Shown: positions 11,190 to 20,775 of the stretch, piece by piece | How the letters are laid out: each line of letters starts with the position of its first letter | Position numbering within the stretch: position 1 is the stretch's first letter | Assembly (NCBI GenBank): GCA_965219995.1 | Contig: CBDCOX010000002.1 | Location: 1,248,001-1,312,000, forward strand | Reading direction: 5' to 3' | From: Candidatus Latescibacterota bacterium | GTDB lineage: Bacteria > Latescibacterota > UBA2968 > GCA-2709665 | DNA: 64,000 bases | Program-made: the position numbers and the translations under genes | Notes under the pieces: generated by a model | Told to the model about the DNA's origin: nothing | What the model saw: only the letters and a program-made list of their open reading frames with translations | The model's database searches: none

Positions 11190-12392
11190 ATGGCATCGAA
11201 ACGCGGGAAGCCGACGGTAACCGTCGGGCAGTCCGACGCGGATATCGTCGGCCGCGACAACAGGGCCCTTCAGGCTGCAGTGGACTACATCGCGGGTCTG
11301 GGCGGCGGGACCGTGGAAATCCGCCCCGGGACCTACACGATGCGCGACTCGCTGCATCTGCGGAAGCGGGTGACGATCCGCGGCCAGGGAGAGGAAACCG
11401 TCCTGCTGAAAGCCGGCGCCGTGGAGAGTCCGCTGGTGCTGGACGGCGACTACGGCGAAGAGCAGATCACGGTTGCCGACCCATCGGGATTCGCGCCGGG
11501 TGCGGGCGTCAGCGTCACGGACGACGCCTCGGGCGGATTCCACACCGTCGTCTGTACCTTGATCCGGGCGGATGGAGACACGTTCGGCGTGAATAAACCC
11601 ATGCTTGGCGACTACCTCGTGTCACGCAACGCCCGGGCGGCAACCACGTTTCCGGTGGTCAGCGGCTATGGCGTCGAGGGGGCGGCGATCGAAGACCTGA
11701 CGATCCACGGAAACAAGGAAAACAACCCCTATCTCAATGGGTGCAGGGGCGCGGGCATCTTCCTGTACCGCAGCCACGGCACGAGGATAACCGCCTGCAC
11801 AATTGAAGACTACAACGGCGACGGGATCAGCTTTCAGCAGAGCAACGGTGTGACCGTGGAAGATTGCGCCTGCACCGGAAACACCCACCTTGGCCTTCAT
11901 CCCGGCAGCGGCAGCGGCTCGCCCGCCATCCGCAATTGCCGGTCGGTCGGGAACGGCCGCATCGGCCTCTTTCTCTGCTGGCGGGTCAAGAACGGAATCT
12001 TCGAAAACAATCGCCTCAATGACAACGGCGAGACCGGGATATCCATCGGCCACAAGGATACCGACAATAACTTTTTTAACAACGAGGTCAACGGAAACGG
12101 ACGGGAAGGCGTACTGTTCCGCGACGAATCCGAGCCCATGGCCGGGCATCGGAATTATTTCGAGAACAACCGGATCCTGGACAACGGGACCGGACCCGAC
12201 GGCTGCGGCATCCGCATCCTGGGGGAGACCCGCGACTTGACCTTCGTCAACAACCGCATTGGCAATTCGCCGAGTGGCGAACAGCGAACCGGCATCTTCA
12301 TCGGATCGAAATCAGACCGCATCGATCTCAGGGACAACGACTTATCCGGAAACCTTGATCGGGAGATCGAAGACTGCCGGGAGGGGACATAA
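11190..12392 (+). CDS. Right-handed parallel beta-helix (pectin lyase-like) protein
   Basis: ALQAAVDY..GGGTVEIRPGTY start; Asn/Gly-rich N..GI repeats. Confidence 0.85.
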   Translation: MASKRGKPTVTVGQSDADIVGRDNRALQAAVDYIAGLGGGTVEIRPGTYTMRDSLHLRKRVTIRGQGEETVLLKAGAVESPLVLDGDYGEEQITVADPSGFAPGAGVSVTDDASGGFHTVVCTLIRADGDTFGVNKPMLGDYLVSRNARAATTFPVVSGYGVEGAAIEDLTIHGNKENNPYLNGCRGAGIFLYRSHGTRITACTIEDYNGDGISFQQSNGVTVEDCACTGNTHLGLHPGSGSGSPAIRNCRSVGNGRIGLFLCWRVKNGIFENNRLNDNGETGISIGHKDTDNNFFNNEVNGNGREGVLFRDESEPMAGHRNYFENNRILDNGTGPDGCGIRILGETRDLTFVNNRIGNSPSGEQRTGIFIGSKSDRIDLRDNDLSGNLDREIEDCREGT

Positions 12393-12520
12393 AACCGGAA
12401 ACCGGATCAGAATCGACTGAGATTGATCCGGATTGAAGGCCGATTAGAAACCGGGAAAAGACTTTAAGGGGCCGATTATAGTGAGATGATTTACGTGACG
12501 CGGAACATCGACGGAATAGA

Positions 12521-12556
12521 TATGCCATTTTTGCATATTTATGCCAAAATGGCATA
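12521..12556. promoter_or_regulatory. Tandem palindromic operator-like site
   Basis: TATGCCATTTTTGCATA-TT-TATGCCAAAATGGCATA: two 17-bp palindromes that together form a larger inverted repeat. Confidence 0.45.
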
Positions 12557-12746
12557 AATGGTGGGTGGTCGAACATAGTGGTCGGCCGGCAGTTCGATAT
12601 GGATCCAGGAACTCGCCCAGATTTGCCGTTGGCCAATCCTCCTGCGTCAACGAGACGTTATAATTGTCTGGAAGGCCATATGAATCGCGGTTCGTTTCGA
12701 TCCAGACACGCAGAACTGCAATTATTGACTTCGTGAGGACAAGAAT

Positions 12747-13271
12747 ATGACAGTTCGAATGGCGGTCATCATCGCACTTGTGGCGATTGCTCCGGAGGTT
12801 TGGGCGGAGACGGAAAACCTTTCCAGGACAAAAGGTTCGATAGAAGAATTCAGAATCTACACGAAATGCCTGGGTGTCATTCTCGTGGTTGAGCATCTGT
12901 CGGACGACGCAAGAAAAATTGGACTTAGACGGGAGGAGATTGTCGATGCCGTCGAATCCAGGTTGCGCGCCGCCGGCCTGTATCAATCCGGTTATTTCGG
13001 GTTCCCCGAGGGATCCGTCGTTTTCTTCCCGCACCTGTATGTGGACGTCAATGTGAAAGGAAACGCGTTCAGCGTTCTCGTTGAATTGAAAAAGTGGGTC
13101 AACGAACCCCTTTCCGGGCAGCTGAACTTCGCGCAAACCTGGCGGAGAGGGACGCTCGGGACCCAGGGGTCAGGTTACCCCTCCATTATGTCTACCGTGC
13201 GCAGCCTGACGGATCAGTTTGTCGACGAATGGAACAAGGTGAACAAGCCGGACGGGAAGTGCGTGGATTAG
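12747..13271 (+). CDS. Hypothetical secreted protein
   Basis: N-terminal signal peptide (VIIALVAIAPEVWA); upstream GAGGA RBS. Confidence 0.7.
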   Translation: MTVRMAVIIALVAIAPEVWAETENLSRTKGSIEEFRIYTKCLGVILVVEHLSDDARKIGLRREEIVDAVESRLRAAGLYQSGYFGFPEGSVVFFPHLYVDVNVKGNAFSVLVELKKWVNEPLSGQLNFAQTWRRGTLGTQGSGYPSIMSTVRSLTDQFVDEWNKVNKPDGKCVD

Positions 13272-13344
13272 AACCGTCCGTTAAACGGAGGCAAGTCCTT
13301 GACAACGCCAACTTTGATTCACCGATAATAGGGAATCAGTCGTA

Positions 13345-14019
13345 ATGACTATTGCTTTTCTGGCGTTCGTGATTCTTGCAGCGTTTGGTTTGTCACTTCT
13401 TGTTGTTCCATTGTATACCTGGCGATTTTATAAGGGATATTCTGCTAATCCTCAACAGAAATATCGAACGTTCTGGCCTCGATTCTGGGCAAGTCTTACT
13501 GATGGAGTCGTGCTCTTACCAGTTACGTTGATTTTACAATACTATGTCACTCTCGAGGCTTCATTTTGGGAGGATATGCGTTGGTTGTTCGTGATTGTCC
13601 TGATTGTGAATACTGCCTATTGGTGGGCTTATACGATTTATATGCATGGTCGATTCGGACAAACTGTTGGGAAGCGCTCGACATTCGTTAGAGTTGTTGA
13701 TGTTAAAACTGAGGAGCCGATAACTTTCAAACAAGCCTTGATCCGAGACAGCATCCCACTGGTCATTTTGGGTCCCCTACTCATCTTAGAATCATATCGA
13801 TTTTTAATGGGATTACCTATTGGTGAGTTGCTAATTGGTACTGATTCTGGCGATTTACCAACATCACGTGAGATGTGGACGTCTTTCGTTGTAGTGGCCT
13901 GGTGGTTCGCCGAGATTGTAACGATGCTCACGAACGAAAAACGACGGGCCGTACATGACTTTATTGCGGGGACGGTTGTGGTAAGGACGAATGTTGAGGA
14001 ACCAATGGAGCCAGAATAG
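13345..14019 (+). CDS. RDD family membrane protein
   Basis: FWPRFWASLTD, GQTVGKR, RRAVHDFIAGTVVV. Confidence 0.9.
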   Translation: MTIAFLAFVILAAFGLSLLVVPLYTWRFYKGYSANPQQKYRTFWPRFWASLTDGVVLLPVTLILQYYVTLEASFWEDMRWLFVIVLIVNTAYWWAYTIYMHGRFGQTVGKRSTFVRVVDVKTEEPITFKQALIRDSIPLVILGPLLILESYRFLMGLPIGELLIGTDSGDLPTSREMWTSFVVVAWWFAEIVTMLTNEKRRAVHDFIAGTVVVRTNVEEPMEPE

Positions 14020-14178
14020 CGTGGCCGCACACCAAAACGCAACCGGATACAAAGTCCGACACGTCAATTAGGACCCGGTGGCGTGATGAGGCCGACCCCG
14101 CAATGGACGCATATAGGCGATCATTACAACCTACCCAGCGTATTTTTATCGATTTAATTATAGGGGAATGAATACATA

Positions 14179-15318
14179 ATGAATTTCCGATTTTTCTATA
14201 TCGCCTGTCTTGTCTCACTGTCGGTCGCCTGCTCCAAGACCCAGGACCCGATCTCCAACGATACGATAACAATCGGATTCCTGGTCTCCGGCGATCGTTA
14301 CTCGTATGCAGACGCGGCCCGGTTGGCTGTAGACGAGATCAACGCCAACGGCGGTCTGCTCGACAGGACAGTCGAACTGGTACCACGAATCAATATCGAG
14401 GAGGCGTCCGCAGCCGTCCAGGCCGCTCAGCAGATGGTCCAGGATGATGGGGCCTTTGCGATCCTCGGCCCAAACCGGTCAACCCACGCGGTTCAGGTTG
14501 GGCCGGCTGCTCAGCGGGCGCAGATCCCGATGATCACGACCTCGGCCACGAACCCGAACGTGACGCAGGCGGGTGACTTCGTATTCATGGCAGCTTTTAC
14601 CGATCAGTTCCAGGGCGCGGTTCTCGCCCGTTTTGCGCGGGAAGATCTGGGTAAGTCCGCGGCCGCGGTCCTGACTCTGGAGGGTGATTTATACACTGAA
14701 GGTATTTCGATGTTCTTTGTCTCCCATTTCACAGAGCTCGGCGGGACGGTCGTCGCAAACGAGGTTTATTCTGCCGGCGATACAGCATTCACAGAACAGC
14801 TTGGCCGGATCGCCGACACGAGGCCTGATGTGTTCTTCATTTCGGGACTGGTATCAGATATGACCTATGTGGTTCGTGAAACAGCGTCTTTCCCTGTACT
14901 GAACGCCCAGGGCGCACCCGTGACCCTCCTCGGCGCGGACGCGTGGGACAATCCTTTGTTCTTGAATGAAGTAACAGCAGAGGTCGAAGGGAGTTACTTC
15001 AGCGGACACTTTTCCGCGGAGTCAACGGAACCCGGTGCGAGGATGTTCGTAGAGGCGTACCAGGCCGCGTACCATCGCACCCCCAGCGGTGGGGATGCGG
15101 TCAGCTATGACGCTGTACGAGTGCTCTCTGAGGCAGTGGAACGGGCCAGAAGTCTTGAGGGTGAGGCAATCCGAAACCAGCTGGCGGCAACGCGGGATTA
15201 CCGGGGAGCGACTCAGATCGCGCGGTACAATGAAAACCGACATCCAACCAAGAGTGCGGTGATATTAACGATTCGGGATGGGGAGAGAAGGTTCTTCAAG
15301 GAGGTCGGGGCGGATTGA
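14179..15318 (+). CDS. Branched-chain amino-acid ABC-type substrate-binding lipoprotein (LivJ/K-like)
   Basis: Lipobox SVAC; AVDEINANGGLL; SATNPNVTQAGDFVF; GADAWD; SYDAV. Confidence 0.85.
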   Translation: MNFRFFYIACLVSLSVACSKTQDPISNDTITIGFLVSGDRYSYADAARLAVDEINANGGLLDRTVELVPRINIEEASAAVQAAQQMVQDDGAFAILGPNRSTHAVQVGPAAQRAQIPMITTSATNPNVTQAGDFVFMAAFTDQFQGAVLARFAREDLGKSAAAVLTLEGDLYTEGISMFFVSHFTELGGTVVANEVYSAGDTAFTEQLGRIADTRPDVFFISGLVSDMTYVVRETASFPVLNAQGAPVTLLGADAWDNPLFLNEVTAEVEGSYFSGHFSAESTEPGARMFVEAYQAAYHRTPSGGDAVSYDAVRVLSEAVERARSLEGEAIRNQLAATRDYRGATQIARYNENRHPTKSAVILTIRDGERRFFKEVGAD

Positions 15319-15354
15319 GCGTGTAGAGAGACCGGGATAAGGCAACAACCGAAC

Positions 15355-15391
15355 GGGCGCCATCGTCGCGGATGATGGCGCCCGGTTTTTT
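15355..15391 (+). terminator. Intrinsic terminator
   Basis: GGGCGCCATCGTC-GCG-GATGATGGCGCCC hairpin followed by a T-tract. Confidence 0.75.
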
Positions 15392-15839
15392 GTCACCGGA
15401 TCGTAGGCAACGGAGTTGCTCGACAATGCGCTCAGCTGCACACGAAACTTGATTTGCGTGAATTGAGTGGGGGAGATTCAGACCTGAGATCGGACGGGTC
15501 AACGACCGGCAAGCGACATTTGTTGGGGACAACGCCCTTTTTCAACAAAAAATCAACAAATTCAGCGGAAATTTCAACATTAGTTCAATAAATATTCGTT
15601 ATATTTCGTACCATCAGACAAACGATGTATCGAATCTCGGGGACATTATTTGCGGTCCGTTAAGGACCAGACCGAGATTGTCGTTTTTCACCCTCGATCA
15701 TTATTGTTGTCGGGCCATGAATGGCCAGTATGAATCTCTGATCCCGGCGAAACGCCATCGAATGCTACCGATCACGCCAGTAAATCACACCGGGATTTCA
15801 CTCATTTGCGTTGACACGTTTCTGGTGAAGGAGGGATAA

Positions 15840-16100
15840 ATGAAGAAACTCATCGTAGTTACATTACTCGCCGCTACTGGGGTTTGTGGAACATCGCATG
15901 CAAAGTCAATTGAAGACGAGATTCGTCAATCGGCCGCTCGTGAATATCCTAACGATGTGAGGATGCAGGAATTATGTGTACAATAAACAGATGGATGCGT
16001 ATCGGTACATGTTGACTGCAAGAGACTAGGGTTTTAAACAAACCGCTGTTCCAGAGTACCCGAAGGACTACTCAATGCAGAAATTAACATACGATAACTC
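15840..16100 (+). pseudogene. Degraded small secreted repeat protein (EYPxDxxMQ repeats)
   Basis: GGAGG RBS; MKKLIVVTLLAATGVCGTSHA signal peptide; REYPNDVRMQ, then a frameshift (NYVYNKQMDAYRYM), an in-frame TAG, and a second repeat EYPKDYSMQKLTYD. Confidence 0.55.
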
Positions 16101-16157
16101 CCGGCACCCTTTACCGGGTGCCGACGCTGTTCATGATATTTCTCTCGGGAGGGTGAT

Positions 16158-18137
16158 ATGAGACATCTTGCCAGATCTTTCTCCAACATGATTTTTACCT
16201 TAGCTTTTCTACTATCCAATACGGGCTGGGTCTGTGCACAATCGTATAATGTTGTTCAGAAGAAGGGAGAGATTTATCCAATTGCAGGGACCGGTGCGGC
16301 ATCCTATACGGGCGATGGTAACTCTGCCTTATTTGCTGGTTTCAACACTCCTACAGGGATAGCCATTGATGGTGATGGGAATCTTTACATAGCTGATTCT
16401 AAAAACCATGTTATTCGAAGGATTGAAGCAGAGACGGGTGTCATATCCACCATAGCGGGAACAGGAATACAGGGATTCTCGTCAGACGGAGGCACTGCCA
16501 CCGAAACGCAACTCGACCTTCCCACGTATATTGGTGTTTCCAAAAGAGGAGATCTCTACATTTCTGACACTGGAAACCACCGACTTCGAAAGGTTTTGCC
16601 CTCTGGCGTTATGTCTACTGTACATGGAAATCCAGATCTTATACCAGGACAGATTGCCATTGATGATCTCACTGGAATGGTTTACTTCACGGACCGTGGG
16701 TCCAGTACAAGAAAAGACAATCTCCACATAATCTCCTCTATTTTGAGAATCTTTCCATCAGGAGACGTCACAACCTTCTTGGAGACCCCAACAAACTATA
16801 GTTCGACTCTCTTTTATAATGACATTGATAGAGACGCCCTGGGGAACGTCTTCTTGTTATACGGATGGGGCTTTTCCGACGAAATCGCGCGTTTTAATGG
16901 AAGATCAGGTACCAAAGACAGTATATTTTGTCGAAGTGCTCGGCACAGAACTATCGAAGCATTCGCTCTTTCCGAACCGGATGTCTATTATGCGGAAGAA
17001 AATTTCAGTAGATCTCTCCCTTCAACTGTAATCCGGTACGGCAAGATAGACAAAGGATCTGGATTTCAGGACTTTGGCATTGACACAATCGGTACATATA
17101 CAGGCGAGGTTTCCGACCTCGCCATCGACAAAGAAGGCAACGTCATCTTTGCCAATAAAGCCGACAACAAAATTTATCGCATCACCAACCGTAAAGGATT
17201 TGAACCCGACATCGAATTTCCAAAGACATTTTCGATGGGCGAACTCGTCATGGGTTCCACGAAGACGAAATCACTGCGACTGTCCAACATTGGAAATATG
17301 AGACTCTCCATCCTCAACATCTCATCCCAAATCCCCAGTTTGGCCATACAACCCAAGTCGGCAGACATCGAAAGCGGGGACAGTGCCTCTGTCTCTCTTA
17401 CAATTGAACCGGAAAGATCTGGGGAAATCACGGGTGCAATTACGGTTTTGAACACGGACCCGGATCAGGCCAACGTATCTATACCTCTCCTGGCGACAGC
17501 TTTTACAGCCAGAATCGATTTGGACTTGGAGAGGGGGCCCGAGAATCAAAACAACCATAGGCTTAAAGGAGTCACAGCAGGAGATACCATCACCGTCCAG
17601 ATCTTTGGTTCTGACATGCCAACACTTGCAGGATTTCAGGTCTCGTTACAATACGACACTGCGTTCATCTCCGCAGAGTCATTAGCTTTTGAGAACGGCA
17701 CACTGATACCAAACGCCCTTACGGTCATAACCCATACCGAAGCGTCCGTTACGGCCAGTGCAGCAGCACCTGGAGAAGTATCTTCCCAAAACAGAACAGA
17801 TCTAATGGGAACACTTAACTTTGTCATCCTCGACAACTTCTCGCAGCCCGACAGCACTTCCATAGACCTTACCGATGCAACCCTTTCTCTCAATGACGGA
17901 ACATTGGTCGAGGTTGAAAGACAAGGCTCAATATCGCTGAGTTCGGAATCTCAACTGACAGGCGACTTTGACGGCGACTCATCGGTCGGTTTTTCTGACT
18001 TTTTGAAATTCGCACAAGTCTTTGGGAAACGATCAGCCGATGCTGATTACGATGCCAAGTTCGACCTGAACGACGATGGTATGATAGGCTTTTCCGACTT
18101 CCTCATATTTGCAGCATCCTTCGGTAGCACAGGGTAA
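16158..18137 (+). CDS. Secreted NHL-repeat protein with Ig-like (ASH-type) domain, cohesin-like domain and C-terminal EF-hand/dockerin-like tag
   Basis: Signal peptide; IAGTG..GDG..A..PTGIAIDGDGNLYIADSKNHVIRRI NHL repeats; GDTITVQI..LAGFQVSLQYD cohesin-like motif; DFDGDSSVGFSDF..DLNDDGMIGFSDF. Confidence 0.8.
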   Translation: MRHLARSFSNMIFTLAFLLSNTGWVCAQSYNVVQKKGEIYPIAGTGAASYTGDGNSALFAGFNTPTGIAIDGDGNLYIADSKNHVIRRIEAETGVISTIAGTGIQGFSSDGGTATETQLDLPTYIGVSKRGDLYISDTGNHRLRKVLPSGVMSTVHGNPDLIPGQIAIDDLTGMVYFTDRGSSTRKDNLHIISSILRIFPSGDVTTFLETPTNYSSTLFYNDIDRDALGNVFLLYGWGFSDEIARFNGRSGTKDSIFCRSARHRTIEAFALSEPDVYYAEENFSRSLPSTVIRYGKIDKGSGFQDFGIDTIGTYTGEVSDLAIDKEGNVIFANKADNKIYRITNRKGFEPDIEFPKTFSMGELVMGSTKTKSLRLSNIGNMRLSILNISSQIPSLAIQPKSADIESGDSASVSLTIEPERSGEITGAITVLNTDPDQANVSIPLLATAFTARIDLDLERGPENQNNHRLKGVTAGDTITVQIFGSDMPTLAGFQVSLQYDTAFISAESLAFENGTLIPNALTVITHTEASVTASAAAPGEVSSQNRTDLMGTLNFVILDNFSQPDSTSIDLTDATLSLNDGTLVEVERQGSISLSSESQLTGDFDGDSSVGFSDFLKFAQVFGKRSADADYDAKFDLNDDGMIGFSDFLIFAASFGSTG

Positions 18138-18176
18138 ACCTCAGACACCAAAGGGGATATGTTTCAGGAGGGTACA

Positions 18177-19538
18177 ATGGCTTCCTTGTTCGCGTTTCTT
18201 CTTCTACTCGTCGCCGTTGCGACAATAGCTGGCTTGGTGAAGCCTTCGATATTACATATCAAATGGTTAACCACCCGGTCCCGCGTATTTGGTGTCGCTA
18301 TGGCCGTTCAGTTTTTGTTGGTGGTTTTCGCTATCAGTCTCCTGCCAGAAAACGACATTGAGAGACAGGGGAGCATAGCCAAAGAAGAGAGAGTGAAGAG
18401 GATTAGACAAGATCAGAATCCAATGGTCGCAAAAAAAGTCAAGGTCCACGAGGATCCTTATACAAATCAGAAACCTGAAACGGCAGCAGGCGAGAAAACA
18501 AAAAAAGCGGAGGCAATAGTAGAACGGGCGAAGGAGACGGGCAACAGTAAGGAAGTTTCAGAAGCAAGAATCACAACAAGACCAAGAGCAGCCGACCCAG
18601 ACATCGATAAAGACGTTACGCCAGAGGAAAGAGTGGCAAGGTGGCGTCATCGTAGGACAAAAGACCCAAACTATCTTGCCGATCTCCGATGGGTGCTGGC
18701 AGAAGCCCGTCTACTCTTAGTTCGGTCTAAGGCGGCGACAAAGCAGGGCGAGTACGTTCTGGGCAAGGCGTTGGCTGATTCATGTGACCGCATCTTTAGA
18801 AAATACGATGTGCATTATAATCCAAAGGGTTGGTTAGACAATAACTGGGAGAAGCCTTATTCGTGGTTTCATCGGGAGGAAGAGGATGCTTGGAACCTTG
18901 TACTGAAGTGTAGGGGTGCTTTTGATCTCGCGATTTTCAAAACAATCGAAGCGGACTACGAAGGTAGAGGTGCCTTATTTACCCGCGAGGGAACATTTGA
19001 AAGGCTGGTGGAGTACGCTGTTCTTAAGGAATTCGGCAACTATTTTGGAACGGTCTCGCGATTTGGATTTGCGAATGAAGGTTCCCTTGACGATAAGTTC
19101 GTAAAGAACATTGACTTCGAAAATGGAATCCTGACCGTGAAACTGCGCGCAGAGTCCGATGCATACGATATTGACTATCGTGCTAGAGAAATTAACCTCA
19201 CACATCCCATAAAAACCATGAGGAACTCGCAAGACTTCTTCGCGTTTATTTTCAATCCGAGAGGTTGGCCAAAATCAATCGGCAAGACTTTTCAGAAGGT
19301 TAAGCAAGTAAATATCGCTCTCTATTTTCCAGGAGAACACTCAAGTGAGATTGTGGCTGCCCGATATGGGCTAACAAGAACTGCATTTGATGCCATAGTG
19401 AAACAGCGGGGGAGTAAGTGGGGCAAATTGAAGGCTAAGGATGGGACATTCCAGGACTTCCTAAAGGTTAAAGGGACATACTATCTACATAGAGAAATGC
19501 CAGATCTAGGTACTCCAGCCCATGTCTTGAGGAGATAG
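18177..19538 (+). CDS. Hypothetical protein with N-terminal membrane anchor
   Basis: Long ORF; two N-terminal TM helices (GLVKPS..TRSRVF pattern); GGAGG RBS before ATG 18177. Confidence 0.7.
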   Translation: MASLFAFLLLLVAVATIAGLVKPSILHIKWLTTRSRVFGVAMAVQFLLVVFAISLLPENDIERQGSIAKEERVKRIRQDQNPMVAKKVKVHEDPYTNQKPETAAGEKTKKAEAIVERAKETGNSKEVSEARITTRPRAADPDIDKDVTPEERVARWRHRRTKDPNYLADLRWVLAEARLLLVRSKAATKQGEYVLGKALADSCDRIFRKYDVHYNPKGWLDNNWEKPYSWFHREEEDAWNLVLKCRGAFDLAIFKTIEADYEGRGALFTREGTFERLVEYAVLKEFGNYFGTVSRFGFANEGSLDDKFVKNIDFENGILTVKLRAESDAYDIDYRAREINLTHPIKTMRNSQDFFAFIFNPRGWPKSIGKTFQKVKQVNIALYFPGEHSSEIVAARYGLTRTAFDAIVKQRGSKWGKLKAKDGTFQDFLKVKGTYYLHREMPDLGTPAHVLRR

Positions 19539-19671
19539 AAAAGCGGAAATTGCCCGACATGAGCGCGGCACGGTACGGCTCTTGGGTAAAACACAGTTGC
19601 ATTAGCCGCAAGGTTCGTCGGTGCGTGGATTGGTGGGCATCTAACGTAAGGAATCGAGATTCGGGGTGAAG

Positions 19672-19722
19672 TGTCAACACCGGTTTTGTTTTTGACGAAA
19701 GCACCGGTTTAAGATTGGACAC
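19672..19722 (+). mobile_element. Possible IS21-type transposon end remnant
   Basis: TGT start followed by two 23-bp-spaced repeats CACCGGTTT..TT(T/G)GAC; no transposase nearby. Confidence 0.3.
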
Positions 19723-19854
19723 AATAGCCAGAATCGTGATTGGGTCAGGGTCGCACCAGGATCGTAACGTCCGCCGGATAACGCTCTACTCAGGTGCGGA
19801 GTGTTATTACAGGGATCACTCTACAGTTTACATTATTGCGCCCCATTGACTTGG

Positions 19855-19960
19855 TACCCTGCGCCGCTCCCTGAGCTTGTCGAAGGGTCGGCGCAGGGTA
19901 AAAAAGGCACCGAATCGAGGGCGCTTCGACAAGCTCAGCGTCCCCATTTGGGCAAGTCCC
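19855..19960. repeat. REP/MITE-like nested inverted repeat
   Basis: TACCCTGCGCCG..CGGCGCAGGGTA (19855-19900) and CTGAGCTTGTCGAAG..CTTCGACAAGCTCAG (19871-19938). Confidence 0.65.
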
Positions 19961-20046
19961 TTTCCAACTTAGCGCGAGCTTAAGACGTCAATTATCTACG
20001 GGTCCTGTTAATAAGGCAGCCGATTCTTTTTTTTTGGAGGTGGGTT

Positions 20047-20262
20047 ATGGATTTCGGCAGTACGATGGGTTGGTTCACTTTTGTGATGGCGTTGGGTTGG
20101 ATCGCACTCGTCGTTGGCCAGATATTTTATCTCTGGTTGGCGACTCGATTTGTTCGTGCGGTAGAAGACCTGGTGGGTGTATTGGAAGGGAAATTTGGAA
20201 CAGGATCGGATTTGGAAGAAGAAATAGCGGCTGCGCGGCGAGGAGAGCGGCCGAAATCGTGA
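20047..20262 (+). CDS. Small membrane protein
   Basis: GGAGGT RBS; one long hydrophobic helix. Confidence 0.6.
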   Translation: MDFGSTMGWFTFVMALGWIALVVGQIFYLWLATRFVRAVEDLVGVLEGKFGTGSDLEEEIAAARRGERPKS

Positions 20263-20413
20263 AATCCGTTGCGATGCAGTGATGTAGGACGATAGCTACG
20301 CCATGCTTGATCTGTATATCTGTGCCCACGATAGGATACGAATGCGTCCGGCCACTTCGGCATTGTGGCCTGGCCGACCGTGAGGTCGTTCATTGGCGCC
20401 CAGGGTAACGGGC

Positions 20414-20709
20414 TCAGCTTCCCACCTCAGTCAAATCTACCCCAAATTCCTTACCGATTTCGCAGACGGTTTCCCACGTCCGGTCTTCCACCTCGATGCC
20501 CTCTTCTTGGCGGATGCGCGCGGTGCGGAATTCTGGCTCGCCAGGGGCCAGTATTTCATCGAATCCGTCTGCGAGGCGGCTGGATTTCACGTGGCGCATC
20601 AGGCCTTCCACTTCGTCGTAGAACGTTTCCATATCCGTGAAGTGTTCGATGTCGTACGCATTGATCAGGACCCCGTTGCTGATCATCTCCCGGTCCCCCG
20701 CCGCGCAGC
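20414..20709 (-). pseudogene. Duplicated 3' fragment of the Ldh_2 oxidoreductase gene
   Basis: 20432-20709 is a close direct repeat of 22187-22464 with its own stop and a variant C-terminus; no 5' part. Confidence 0.85.
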
Positions 20710-20775
20710 GCCCTGAAACAGATACCTGGATTTACACTGGGCGATTCGTTCACCCTTCCGGCGAAATGCGGAATC

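Noticed and set aside
12532-12546. Possible minus-strand sigma54 promoter TGGCATAAATATGCA
   Set aside because: GG-to-GC spacing is 9 rather than the required 10; better explained as part of the palindrome.
12747-20262. Integron cassette array
   Set aside because: No convincing paired RYYYAAC/GTTRRRY attC hairpins, no intI, and the intergenic gaps are long.
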